NCBI GenBank assembly: GCA_021324945.1 | Contig: JAJPID010000025.1 | Location: forward strand, 13,898 to 77,897 | Source: Lysobacterales bacterium | Lineage (GTDB): Bacteria > Pseudomonadota > Gammaproteobacteria > Xanthomonadales > Rhodanobacteraceae | Length of the DNA stretch: 64,000 nt | Direction of reading: 5' to 3' | Part shown: positions 42,747 through 52,215 of the stretch, piece by piece | How positions within the stretch are numbered: position 1 is the stretch's first letter | How the letters are laid out: each line of letters starts with the position of its first letter | Notes under the pieces: model-generated | Told to the model about the DNA's origin: nothing | Database searches by the model: none | The model's input: the letters and a program-made list of their open reading frames with translations, nothing else | Translations under genes and position numbers: made by a program

Positions 42747-43930
42747 CCACGTTCCTGCTGCACCCGCTATATCTATTGTTCCTGCTGCTGCCGGTGGCGG
42801 CGTGGTCGGGTTGGCTGATCGGCCGCCACGCCAGCGCGCGACGATCCGGGGCGCGCACGCGCGAGTTGTCGTCGAGCTATTTCCGCGGCCTGAATTATCT
42901 GCTCAACGAACAGCCGGACAAGGCGATCGAAGTCTTCATGAAGCTCGCCGAGTTCAACCGAGATACGGTGGAAACGCATCTCGCGCTCGGCAATCTGTTC
43001 CGTCGTCGAGGCGAGGTCGATCGCGCGATTCGCGTGCACCAGCATCTGGTGGGCCGCCAGAACCTGAGCGAAGACGAGAAGACCGTCGCCTTGCTGGAGC
43101 TGGGCGAGGACTACATGCGCGCAGGTTTGCTCGATCGCGCCGAAGCCCTGTTCGACGATCTGGTCGCGATGAACGCGCATGCGCCATCTGCGCTGCGGCA
43201 TCTGATCGCGATCTACCAGCACGAGCGTGACTGGCACAAGGCGATCGAACACGCGCGCCGGCTGGAAGCGATGACCGGCGAATCGGAAAGCTCGACCATC
43301 GCGCAGTTTTATTGCGAGCTGGCCGACCAGTCGCGCGCGCACGGCGCACGCGACGAGGCGCGCGATTATCTGGATCACGCCTTTGCCTGCGAACCTGAGT
43401 GCGTGCGCGCGCACATGATTGCGGGGCATCTGCTGGCCGAAGCCGGCGATCACCCAGGCGCGGTGGAAGCCTTTGAGCGCGCAGCGCGGGCGGATGTCGA
43501 TTTCGTACCGGAAATCTTGCCGCCGTTGCTGGACAACTACGCACGTTCGCAGCAGATGGACCGTGCCGAACGGTTTCTCACCGATGTGATCCGCCGCTAT
43601 CAGGGCATCTCGCCGGTACTGGCGCTGATGCGGCTGTACGCCAAGCGCGAAGGCGAACGCGCGGCGGTGGATTTTCTCACGCGGCAATTGCGGCAGCGTC
43701 CCTCGGTGCGCGGTCTGATGGCGCTGATCGACGCCACGCTCGACAAGACCGAAGGCGAGGCACGCGAGAATTTCCTGATCCTGCGCGATCTCACACGCAA
43801 ATTGCTCGAGGGCCAGGCGATGTATCGCTGCAGCCGTTGCGGTTTCGGTGCCAAGGCCCACCACTGGCAATGTCCGAGTTGCAAGAACTGGGGCACGGTC
43901 AGGCCCATTCACGGTGTAGTTAACGAATGA
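42743..43930 (+). CDS. lapB: Lipopolysaccharide assembly protein LapB
   Basis: N-terminal TM helix, TPR repeats and a C-terminal rubredoxin-like metal site (YRCSRCGF...WQCPSCKNWG). Confidence 0.9.
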   Translation: MTTFLLHPLYLLFLLLPVAAWSGWLIGRHASARRSGARTRELSSSYFRGLNYLLNEQPDKAIEVFMKLAEFNRDTVETHLALGNLFRRRGEVDRAIRVHQHLVGRQNLSEDEKTVALLELGEDYMRAGLLDRAEALFDDLVAMNAHAPSALRHLIAIYQHERDWHKAIEHARRLEAMTGESESSTIAQFYCELADQSRAHGARDEARDYLDHAFACEPECVRAHMIAGHLLAEAGDHPGAVEAFERAARADVDFVPEILPPLLDNYARSQQMDRAERFLTDVIRRYQGISPVLALMRLYAKREGERAAVDFLTRQLRQRPSVRGLMALIDATLDKTEGEARENFLILRDLTRKLLEGQAMYRCSRCGFGAKAHHWQCPSCKNWGTVRPIHGVVNE

Positions 43931-44967
43931 GTGTGGCGGCGGTACTCATCGTTCCGGCGCTTTGCGCGTTCGCCATTTCCATCGTCGTGGTCGTCGCAAG
44001 CCTTGCCTACGCGCATCGGCGCGGGCTGCTGGATCAGCCGGGCCAGCGGCGTTCGCACGCGCAGCCTACGCCGCGAGGTGGCGGCGTCGGCATCGTGATC
44101 GCGGTCCTGCTCTGCGCGATGCCGTGGCTGACGGTGCTGCCGGGCGGCTGGCCGCCTGCAAACGTGATCGTACTGTCCTTGGCGTTACTGGCGGTGGCCG
44201 CGGTCGGCTGGCGCGACGATCACGGCGGCTTGCCGGCCTTGCCGCGTTTCGCCGTGCACCTCCTTGCATCCATCGCGGTCGGCGCGGTGCTGTTATGGCC
44301 GTTCGCACAGGTGGATCCAAAGGCATGGGCGTGGCTGATCGCGATCGCGCTGGTTTTTACCGGCAGTATCAACGCACACAATTTCATGGACGGCATCGAT
44401 GCGATCCTTTCGCTACAGGCGCTGTTCGTGTTGAGCGGATATGCGCTGCTGGCGCACGATCTCGGCGCAACGGCATTGACGGCAGCCTGCCTGGCGTCCG
44501 CAGCCGCGTGCCTCGGCTTCCTGCTGTTCAACCTGCCGCCCGCGCGCATCTTCATGGGCGATGTGGGCAGCGGCACGCTGGGGTTGCTGATCGCGACACT
44601 GGCGGGATTGCTGGTGCAGCGAGCACCTGCATTGCTCTGGCCGTGCGCGATCCTGGCCTCGGCATTCGTCGCCGACGCTGCGATGACGCTGGCCTCACGC
44701 GTGCTGGCGCAAAAGCGTTGGTACACTGCGCATCGCGAGCACCTGTACCAGTGGCTGGCGCGCGCAGGAGGCAGTCATGCGAAAACTGACGGTGCGTACG
44801 TGCTCTGGAACCTGATCATCGTGGCTCCCGCGGCCTGGGCGGCGGCGCGCTGGTCCGCGTATGGACTGGTCTTGTGCGCTGCCGTCTACGCGCTGAGCGC
44901 GGCGACGTGGTGGTTCGGCAAGCGTGCTTGTCTGCACGCGATGCGGGATGCTCGTCATGCTGCGTAA
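43927..44967 (+). CDS. Glycosyltransferase family 4 (WecA/WbpL/MraY-like polyprenyl-phosphate sugar-1-P transferase)
   Basis: 346 aa polytopic membrane protein with NAHNFMDGIDA and FMGDVGS motifs. Confidence 0.8.
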   Translation: MSVAAVLIVPALCAFAISIVVVVASLAYAHRRGLLDQPGQRRSHAQPTPRGGGVGIVIAVLLCAMPWLTVLPGGWPPANVIVLSLALLAVAAVGWRDDHGGLPALPRFAVHLLASIAVGAVLLWPFAQVDPKAWAWLIAIALVFTGSINAHNFMDGIDAILSLQALFVLSGYALLAHDLGATALTAACLASAAACLGFLLFNLPPARIFMGDVGSGTLGLLIATLAGLLVQRAPALLWPCAILASAFVADAAMTLASRVLAQKRWYTAHREHLYQWLARAGGSHAKTDGAYVLWNLIIVAPAAWAAARWSAYGLVLCAAVYALSAATWWFGKRACLHAMRDARHAA

Positions 44968-46849
44968 GCTGATCAGCCGGGTGCACCCGCGCGCCGCGGT
45001 GGTCACGCACGATCTGCTGATGACTGCGATCGCCTGGTCGGTGGCCGATACCTTGCGCTATGCGCTGCTGCCCCAGCCGGTTTCAGTCGATATCTTCACG
45101 CCGGAGCTGCTGATCGTACTGGCGGTGCAGGGCGCGATCTTCTACTGGACGGGTCTGTACAAGGGCCTGTGGCGTTTCGCCAGCCTACCGGACTTGTGGA
45201 ACATCCTGCGCGCCAGCGTGGTCGGCGCGTTGGCCATCGGTTTGGCTCTCTTTCTGTATAGCCGTCTGAATGGAATTCCGCGTTCGGTACTGCTGATCTA
45301 TCCCGGATTGCTGTGCGTGCTGCTCGGATTGCCGCGGCTCGCTTACCGCTACTGGAAGGACAGCCGTGTCGATCTCTTCCACGCCAAGCACAGCAAGCGG
45401 GTCTTGGTAATCGGCGCGGGACGGGCGGGCGAGGCGCTGGTGCGCGACCTGCGCCGCGACGCGAGTTATCACGCCGCCGGTTTCATCGACGACAGTCCCG
45501 AATTACGCGGCGCGCGCGTACACGGCATTCCGGTGCTGGGCCGGCTGGAGAAGATGCCCGAATTGGCGCGCGAAGCCGGTGCAGAAATGCTGCTGATCGC
45601 CATGCCCTCAGCCGACAAGGCCCAGATGCGGCGCGTGGTGGAATTGTGCGAACAAACCGGCCTGCCGTTCCGCACCGTGCCGCGGCTGGACGATGTGGTC
45701 GCCGGTCGCGCGCAGTTTAATGAATTGAAAGAGGTCGCGATCGAGGATCTGCTCGGGCGCGAACCGGTGAAGTTGGATTGGAGCGCGATCCGCCAGGGTT
45801 TGACCGGCAAGCACGTGCTGGTGACTGGCGGTGGCGGCTCGATCGGTTCGGAACTGTGCCGACAGATCGCGCGGCTGGGCGCGGCTTCGCTGACCGTGAT
45901 CGAGATCTCCGAATACAACTTGTATCGCATCGAGCAGGAATTGCGCGCGCAGTATCCAGAACTGCTGTTACGCGGACTGATCGGCGACTGCGGAGATCCC
46001 GGCACGTGCGCCAACGCTTTCGCGCAGGCGCGGCCGAATGTCGTGTTCCATGCCGCGGCCTACAAGCACGTGCCGCTGTTACAGGAGCAGTTGCGGGAAG
46101 CGTTCCGCAACAACGTGCTGGCGACGCGCGAGGTGGCGAACGCGGCCGCGCAGCACGGAGCGGAGAGCTTCGTGCTGATTTCCAGCGACAAGGCTGTCAA
46201 TCCGACCAGCGTAATGGGCGCCTGCAAGCGCATCGCCGAAATCGTCTGTCAGGCGGTGGCGCCGGCGAGCAACACGCGCTTCATCACGGTGCGGTTCGGC
46301 AATGTGCTGGATTCGGCGGGATCGGTGGTGCCGTTGTTCCGCGAACAAATCCGCAACGGCGGTCCGGTGACGGTGACGCATCCGGAGATCTCACGCTACT
46401 TCATGACCATTCCGGAGGCCTGCCAGTTGATCCTGCAGGCCACCGCGATGGGCGAGGGTGGTGAAACCTTCGCGCTGGACATGGGCGAGCCGGTGCGCAT
46501 CCGCGATCTGGCCGAACAGATGATCAGGCTGGCGGGCAAGCAGCCGGGTCGCGATATCGCGATCGTCTATACCGGCTTGCGGCCGGGCGAGAAGTTGTTC
46601 GAGGAATTGTTCCATCCGCTGGAGAACTACGCCAGCACTGCGCATCCCAAGATCTTCCGCGCGGCGCAGCGCGAGTTCTCCGCGGCGCTCGCGCTGGCGC
46701 AGATTGAGCGTGGCGCGCACGCGAGCGCCGAGTTCGACGAAGAGGCGCTGCGTGCCTGCGTCGCGGCGCTGCTCCCCGGCTATCGCTGGCAGACGGGTGA
46801 ACCTTCGGAAAACGCGGAAGTCTTGCCGTTGCACAAGGACAGCGCATGA
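44957..46849 (+). CDS. Polysaccharide biosynthesis protein, CapD/WbpM-like NDP-sugar 4,6-dehydratase
   Basis: N-terminal TM helices followed by two Rossmann regions (VLVIGAGRAG, VLVTGGGGSIGSEL) and YKHVPL...SSDKAVNPTSVMGACKR. Confidence 0.85.
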   Translation: MLRKLISRVHPRAAVVTHDLLMTAIAWSVADTLRYALLPQPVSVDIFTPELLIVLAVQGAIFYWTGLYKGLWRFASLPDLWNILRASVVGALAIGLALFLYSRLNGIPRSVLLIYPGLLCVLLGLPRLAYRYWKDSRVDLFHAKHSKRVLVIGAGRAGEALVRDLRRDASYHAAGFIDDSPELRGARVHGIPVLGRLEKMPELAREAGAEMLLIAMPSADKAQMRRVVELCEQTGLPFRTVPRLDDVVAGRAQFNELKEVAIEDLLGREPVKLDWSAIRQGLTGKHVLVTGGGGSIGSELCRQIARLGAASLTVIEISEYNLYRIEQELRAQYPELLLRGLIGDCGDPGTCANAFAQARPNVVFHAAAYKHVPLLQEQLREAFRNNVLATREVANAAAQHGAESFVLISSDKAVNPTSVMGACKRIAEIVCQAVAPASNTRFITVRFGNVLDSAGSVVPLFREQIRNGGPVTVTHPEISRYFMTIPEACQLILQATAMGEGGETFALDMGEPVRIRDLAEQMIRLAGKQPGRDIAIVYTGLRPGEKLFEELFHPLENYASTAHPKIFRAAQREFSAALALAQIERGAHASAEFDEEALRACVAALLPGYRWQTGEPSENAEVLPLHKDSA

Positions 46850-46859
46850 GGAGACAACG

Positions 46860-47738
46860 ATGAATTCCGCAGGGACGCAGAAGCGGTTGCGCAAGGTGGT
46901 GTTTCCCGTTGCGGGTCTGGGCACACGTTTCCTTCCTGCGACGAAAGTGGTCGCCAAGGAAATGCTGCCCGTCCTCGATCGTCCTCTGATCCAGTACGCG
47001 GTGGACGAAGCGGTGGATGCCGGTGCCGACACGCTGGTGTTCGTCACCAATCGCTACAAGCACGCAATCGCGGATTATTTCGATTCCGCCTACGAGCTGG
47101 AGGAAACGCTGGAACGCGCCGGCAAGCACGAACTGTTGGCGACGGTACAAGGCTTGCTGCCGCCGCACGTGCGCTGTGTCTACGTCACGCAGGAACAAGC
47201 GCTCGGGCTGGGCCACGCGGTATTGTGCGCCAAGCCGGTGATCGGCGATGAACCGTTCGGTGTAATTCTTCCGGATGATCTGATCGTCAACAAGGGCAAA
47301 AGTGCATTGGCGCAGATGGCCGAGCTGGCCGCGCGCGAAGATGCCGGCGTGCTGGCCGTGGAAGAAGTGCCGCGCGATCAAACCAACAAATACGGCATCG
47401 TGGACGTGAGCGGTGCGGACGAACCCGCCGCGCGCATTGGGCACGTCGTCGAAAAACCCGACCCAGCGGATGCGCCGTCCAATCTGGCGATCGTGGGGCG
47501 CTATGTGCTGCCCGCGCGCATTTTTGAATTGCTGGAAAGCACGCGGCCCGGTGCAGGCGGCGAAATCCAGTTGACAGACGCGATCGAATCGTTGATCGCG
47601 GAATCGAAGGTACTGGCCTGCAGGTTCCAGGGAGTGCGCTTCGACTGCGGCAACAAGGTCGGGCTGGTACGCGCCACGCTGCACTTCGCGATGCAGGACC
47701 CGGCCCTCGCGAAAGTCGCGCGCGAATTTCTCTCCTGA
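46860..47738 (+). CDS. galU: UTP--glucose-1-phosphate uridylyltransferase
   Basis: Start at MNSAGTQKRLRKVVFPVAGLGTRFLPATKVVAKEMLPV, the canonical GalU N-terminus. Confidence 0.95.
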   Translation: MNSAGTQKRLRKVVFPVAGLGTRFLPATKVVAKEMLPVLDRPLIQYAVDEAVDAGADTLVFVTNRYKHAIADYFDSAYELEETLERAGKHELLATVQGLLPPHVRCVYVTQEQALGLGHAVLCAKPVIGDEPFGVILPDDLIVNKGKSALAQMAELAAREDAGVLAVEEVPRDQTNKYGIVDVSGADEPAARIGHVVEKPDPADAPSNLAIVGRYVLPARIFELLESTRPGAGGEIQLTDAIESLIAESKVLACRFQGVRFDCGNKVGLVRATLHFAMQDPALAKVAREFLS

Positions 47739-47743
47739 GCACG

Positions 47744-48919
47744 ATGGACATCGACTGGATCCTCACCCACCTCGGCGAGGAGCGCGCCCGGTATTTCAAT
47801 GCCGTCGCGCCGCCGGTCATCCAGACTTCGATCTTCTGTTTCGATAGTGTTGCGCAAATGCGTGAACTCGAACAGGACGAGTACGCGCAGCATTGCTACA
47901 CGCGCGGCAACAATCCGACCGTCGAGATCCTGCGCAAGAAAATCGCCGCGTTGGAGGGGGCGGAGGACTGTCTGATGTTCTCGTCCGGCGCGGCGGCGAT
48001 TTCGGCAGCGGTGGTCGCGAGCGTGTCCGGCGGCGATCACATCGTCTGCGTGAACAAGCCGTACAGCTGGACGCACAAGCTGCTGGCATCCCTGCTGCCG
48101 CGCTTCGGCGTGCGCACCGCATTCGTAGATGGAACGGACGTCGCCAACATCGAAGCGGCGTTGGAACCGGCGACGAAGTTAATCGTGCTGGAATCGCCCA
48201 ATTCGCTGACCTTCGAGTTGCAGGATCTCGCCGCGGTGGCGCAACTCACCAAGACACGCGGCATTCGTACGTTGTGCGACAACAGCTATTCCAGTCCGCT
48301 GAACCAGTCGCCGATTGCGTTAGGCATCGATCTGGTCGCGCACTCGGCTACTAAATACATCAACGGCCACAGCGACGTCGTCGCAGGTGCGCTGTGCGGA
48401 CCGCAAACCATCCTGCGTGATGTATTCAGGGGACCATTCATGACCTTCGGCGCCGCGCCATCGCCGCACGACGCCTGGCTGATCCTGCGCGGCCTGCGCA
48501 CATTGCGCTTGCGCGTGGAGCGCAGCGGTGCGAGCGCATTGAAGATCGCGCAGTGGCTGGCTGCGCATCCGAAAGTCGAACGCGTCTGGTACCCCCATCT
48601 GCCCTCGCATCCGCAGCACGCACTGGCACTGAAACAAATGCGCGCGCCGGGCGGGTTGCTGTCGTTCGCGCCGCGTTGCAGCGACACCAGTGCGATCGAG
48701 AAGCTGTGCGATTCGCTGCGACGTTTTCTACTGAGTGTGTCCTGGGGCGGCTACGAATCGCTGGCGTGTCCCACAGCGGCGTTTTTCCCGCCTGCCACGC
48801 CCGTGCCTGCGGACGAAAAGCCTCACAGTGCGCCGCCACATTTGATCCGCCTCTCGATCGGCTTGGAAGATCCCGACGTGCTGATCGCAGACCTGGAGCA
48901 GGCGCTGGCGCGCATCTGA
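47744..48919 (+). CDS. Cys/Met-metabolism PLP-dependent enzyme (cystathionine beta-lyase / gamma-synthase family)
   Basis: 391 aa. YTRGNNPT and HSATKYINGHSDVVAG (PLP-lysine motif). Confidence 0.8.
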   Translation: MDIDWILTHLGEERARYFNAVAPPVIQTSIFCFDSVAQMRELEQDEYAQHCYTRGNNPTVEILRKKIAALEGAEDCLMFSSGAAAISAAVVASVSGGDHIVCVNKPYSWTHKLLASLLPRFGVRTAFVDGTDVANIEAALEPATKLIVLESPNSLTFELQDLAAVAQLTKTRGIRTLCDNSYSSPLNQSPIALGIDLVAHSATKYINGHSDVVAGALCGPQTILRDVFRGPFMTFGAAPSPHDAWLILRGLRTLRLRVERSGASALKIAQWLAAHPKVERVWYPHLPSHPQHALALKQMRAPGGLLSFAPRCSDTSAIEKLCDSLRRFLLSVSWGGYESLACPTAAFFPPATPVPADEKPHSAPPHLIRLSIGLEDPDVLIADLEQALARI

Positions 48920-48966
48920 CTTCCCGCAGGGGCCGGGCTTCGGCGCGTGCGCTATGCTCGCGCGCC

Positions 48967-50250
48967 GTGACCGACACCCAAACCTACTATCGAACCACCG
49001 CGAATCCACGCGAACCGTTCGCGCCACTGAGCGGCACGAGCGAAGCTCGCATCGCGATCGTCGGCGGGGGCTACGCCGGCGTGAACCTTGCGCTGAGTTT
49101 GGCCGAGCGCGGCATCAAGGACGTTGTGCTGCTGGAAAGCGAAATCATCGGCCACGGCGCCTCCGGCCGCAACGGCGGTTTCGTATTCGCCGGCTACTCG
49201 TTGGGCGAACAATCGCTGCTGGATCAACTGGGCGAACAACGCGCGCGGGCCTTGTACGCACGCACGATCAATGCGGTGAACCTGATCCGCTCGCGCATCG
49301 TGCGCTACGCGATCGAGTGCGGGATGACCGATGCCGGCGTGATCTGGGCGAACTGGTTCCGCGATCCGCACGTGCTGCGCGAGCGTCAGCGATTGCTGGC
49401 GGAACGCTATGGCGTGCATTGGGAATGGTGGCCGCGCGAGCGGGTGCGCGAGGCAATCCTCAGCGCGCGTTATTCGGATGCGCTGTTCGAACGCAATGCG
49501 CTGCACCTGCACCCGCTGAATTACGTCACTGGTCTCGCGTGCGCGGCCGCCGAACAGGGCGTTCGCGTGCACGAACACAGCCGCGTGCGCAGCCTGCGGC
49601 GCGAAGCGAACGCCTGGCGCATCCGCACGCACGGCGGCGAACTGCGCGCGCCGATCGTGGTGCTGGCCTGCGGCGGCTATCTCGCGCACCTGAAACGCGA
49701 GATCGATCGCGCGGTTCTGCCGATCGCAACGTACGTGATGGTGACCGAGCCTTTGGGCCAACGCATGGAAGAGTGTCTGCGCACGCAGGCCGCGATCTAC
49801 GACACGCGCTTCGCCTTCGACTATTACCGCGCCTTGCCCGATACGCGGCTGCTGTGGGGCGGCCGCATTTCGGTGCGCGATCGCTCCCCGCGTGCGGTCC
49901 GGAAAGTGCTGATGCGCGACCTGCTGCGCGTGTTCCCGCAACTGAAAGGCGTGCGCATCGATTACGCCTGGTCTGGCTTGATGAGTTACGCGCGTCACCA
50001 GATGCCGCAACTGGGCACGCGCGGCAACGGGCTATGGTGGATGCAGGCGTTCGGCGGCCACGGTGCCGCGCCGACCTGCGCCGCTGGCGAAATGCTGGCC
50101 GATGCACTCACGCGCAATGACGAGAGCTGGCGCGAATTGTCGCGCTACGGTTTGAGCCGGACTTTCCGGCCGGTCGGCTATCTCGCCGCGCAGACGAACT
50201 ACTGGTGGCTGGAAGGCAAGGATCGCCTCAAGGAAATGCTGGAAGGGTGA
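48967..50250 (+). CDS. FAD-dependent oxidoreductase (DAO family, gamma-glutamylputrescine-oxidase-like)
   Basis: GTG 48967 is the first plausible start after the upstream stop. Dinucleotide fold IAIVGGGYAGVNLALSLAERG. 427 aa. Confidence 0.75.
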   Translation: MTDTQTYYRTTANPREPFAPLSGTSEARIAIVGGGYAGVNLALSLAERGIKDVVLLESEIIGHGASGRNGGFVFAGYSLGEQSLLDQLGEQRARALYARTINAVNLIRSRIVRYAIECGMTDAGVIWANWFRDPHVLRERQRLLAERYGVHWEWWPRERVREAILSARYSDALFERNALHLHPLNYVTGLACAAAEQGVRVHEHSRVRSLRREANAWRIRTHGGELRAPIVVLACGGYLAHLKREIDRAVLPIATYVMVTEPLGQRMEECLRTQAAIYDTRFAFDYYRALPDTRLLWGGRISVRDRSPRAVRKVLMRDLLRVFPQLKGVRIDYAWSGLMSYARHQMPQLGTRGNGLWWMQAFGGHGAAPTCAAGEMLADALTRNDESWRELSRYGLSRTFRPVGYLAAQTNYWWLEGKDRLKEMLEG

Positions 50251-50256
50251 GCCGGG

Positions 50257-50291
50257 GCGCTTAGCCGATGCCACAAAGGCATCGGCTGCGC
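50257..50291 (+). terminator. Strong hairpin just after the FAD oxidoreductase stop
   Basis: GCGC-tt-AGCCGATGCC-acaaa-GGCATCGGCT-GCGC: a 10-bp perfect stem plus a 4-bp extension. No U tract. Confidence 0.4.
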
Positions 50292-50471
50292 CGGTGAACC
50301 CCGAGGCAGGAAGCCGAGGGCAGGGTTGCTTAGCGAGCGCAGGATGCGCGAGCTTAGCAACAGCCGACGCATTCGACCGATGTCGCAACCCAACTCCGGA
50401 TGGTGTTCTTCCTTTCGTGGCCGGTACTGTCAGCGGGTCCGCACCCGCGCAGCCAGCTCGAGGAGGAGATC

Positions 50472-51245
50472 ATGCGCGGGTTCGTGGCGTTATTGTACGG
50501 TTCGGTGTGCTACCTGATTTTCTTCGTGACGTTTCTGTACGCGATCGCTTTCGTCGCGGACGTTCCATTCGTTCCGCATACGGTCGATCGCGGTTTCGCT
50601 TCGGCGAGCGTTATGCACGCGCTGGTGATCGATGCCGCCCTGCTGGGCGTTTTCGCGGTCCAGCACAGCGGCATGGCCCGGCGTGGTTTCAAGCGTTGGC
50701 TGACGAGCTGGCTGCCGCAAGCCATCGAGCGCAGTACCTTCGTGTTACTGGCCAGCGCGGCGTTGATTCTGCTGTTCTGGCAATGGCGGCCGCTGCCGGG
50801 CCTGATCTGGAGCTTGCAAGCGTCTTGGGCGGTCTATCTGTTGTACGCGTTGGCAGCGCTGGGTTGGCTGCTGGTCCTGTCCAGCACCTTCGTAATTGAT
50901 CATTTCGATCTGTTCGGCCTGCGCCAGGTCTGGGCTGCCTTGCCCGGCAAGCGCTACGCACCGCCCGAGTTCAAGAACCATTTCTACTACCGGATGGTGC
51001 GGCACCCGCTGTATCTCGGCTTCGTGATCGCGTTCTGGGCAACCCCGACGATGAGTTCCGGGCACTTACTGTTCGCCGTTGCCACGACCGGTTACATCCT
51101 GCTCGCGATCCAGTTCGAGGAGCGGGACCTCGTCGCGGAGCACGGCGAGAACTATCGTCGATACCGCGAAAAGGTGCCGATGATCTGCCCATGGCCGCGG
51201 CCGCACACAAAAACGGCCGCACAACCGCAAGGACAAACCAGATGA
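50472..51245 (+). CDS. Membrane methyltransferase of the ICMT/MddA (methanethiol S-methyltransferase-like) family
   Basis: ATG 50472 has GAGGAGGAG upstream. Polytopic. The C-terminal motif RHPLYLGFVIAFW...EERDLVAEHGENYRRYREKVPM is typical of isoprenylcysteine-carboxyl/MddA-type methyltransferases. Confidence 0.65.
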   Translation: MRGFVALLYGSVCYLIFFVTFLYAIAFVADVPFVPHTVDRGFASASVMHALVIDAALLGVFAVQHSGMARRGFKRWLTSWLPQAIERSTFVLLASAALILLFWQWRPLPGLIWSLQASWAVYLLYALAALGWLLVLSSTFVIDHFDLFGLRQVWAALPGKRYAPPEFKNHFYYRMVRHPLYLGFVIAFWATPTMSSGHLLFAVATTGYILLAIQFEERDLVAEHGENYRRYREKVPMICPWPRPHTKTAAQPQGQTR

Positions 51246-51664
51246 GTACTCACACCGCGCGCTGCTTTTGCGGCGCCGTCGAAGTCGAATTGAGCGGCTC
51301 GCCCGCGGCGATGGGTTATTGCCATTGCGAATCGTGCCGGCGCTGGTCGGCGGGACCGATCAACGCCTTCAGTCTGTGGCCGAAAGACGCGGTGCGCATC
51401 GTCAAGGGTGAGGAACGGCTCGGCAGCTTTTCGAAGAACCCAACCAGTATCCGTCAATGGTGCAAACGCTGCGGCGGTCACGTGCTCACCGATCATCCGC
51501 ACTGGGGGCTGGTGGATGTGTACGCGGCGGTGATCGAGGATTTCGATTTCAAACCCGGCGTGCACGTGAACTATCAGGAAACCGCGCTGCCCATGACCGA
51601 TAGCATCACGAAGATGAAAGATCTGCCGAAGGAGATGGGCGGTTCCGGCGTCGTAATGACTTAG
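51242..51664 (+). CDS. GFA-family (CENP-V/glutathione-dependent formaldehyde-activating-like) zinc protein
   Basis: MSTHTARCFCGAVEVEL...GYCHCESCRRWS...WCKRCGGHV. The start overlaps the upstream stop (ATGA). Confidence 0.8.
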   Translation: MSTHTARCFCGAVEVELSGSPAAMGYCHCESCRRWSAGPINAFSLWPKDAVRIVKGEERLGSFSKNPTSIRQWCKRCGGHVLTDHPHWGLVDVYAAVIEDFDFKPGVHVNYQETALPMTDSITKMKDLPKEMGGSGVVMT

Positions 51665-51711
51665 CAATCGCTTCGAGGTCGCCAGAGAATCGCGTCGGAT
51701 CATCGGCGCGG

Positions 51712-52215
51712 TTGGGCTATCCTGCCGGCGTGGACCTCGCCATTGTCTGGTACATCATTGCCGGCATTTTGATCTTGATCGGGCTCGCGGGCACGGTTCT
51801 GCCGGTCTTGCCCGGCGTTCCGATCATGTATGCCGGCATGTTCCTGGCCGCATGGGCAGGCCACTTCGCGCGCGTGGGCGCGGCGACGTTGATCCTGCTG
51901 GCGGTACTCGCCACGATTTCCATTGCGCTGGATTTCATCGCCGGCGCGCTCGGCGCAAAACGCGTCGGCGCGAGCCCTCATGCTCAATGGGGCGCATTCT
52001 TCGGCGCCATCGTCGGCATCCTCTTCGGCATACCGGGCTTGATACTCGGTCCGTTCATCGGCGCGCTGGTCGGCCAGTTCATGAGCGGCAGCGGCGTTTC
52101 GCACTCCACCCGTGTCGGCATCGCGACCTGGATCGGGCTGCTGTTCGGCACGATCGCGAAACTCGCAATCTCGTTCACCATGCTCGGCATCTTCGTGTTG
52201 ATGCTGGTGTTTTAA
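51712..52215 (+). CDS. DUF456-family membrane protein
   Basis: Four hydrophobic helices, with GLAGTVLPVLPGVPIMYAG typical of DUF456. The start is uncertain (TTG 51712 in the track; GTG 51730 would give MDLAIVWYII). Confidence 0.7.
   Translation: MGYPAGVDLAIVWYIIAGILILIGLAGTVLPVLPGVPIMYAGMFLAAWAGHFARVGAATLILLAVLATISIALDFIAGALGAKRVGASPHAQWGAFFGAIVGILFGIPGLILGPFIGALVGQFMSGSGVSHSTRVGIATWIGLLFGTIAKLAISFTMLGIFVLMLVF

Noticed and set aside
50300-50370. Recurring GCTTAGC words and partial palindromes after the FAD oxidoreductase gene (possible REP-like element).
   Set aside because: Only the first hairpin (50257-50291) is a clean structure. The rest are short imperfect matches with no second copy in the window.
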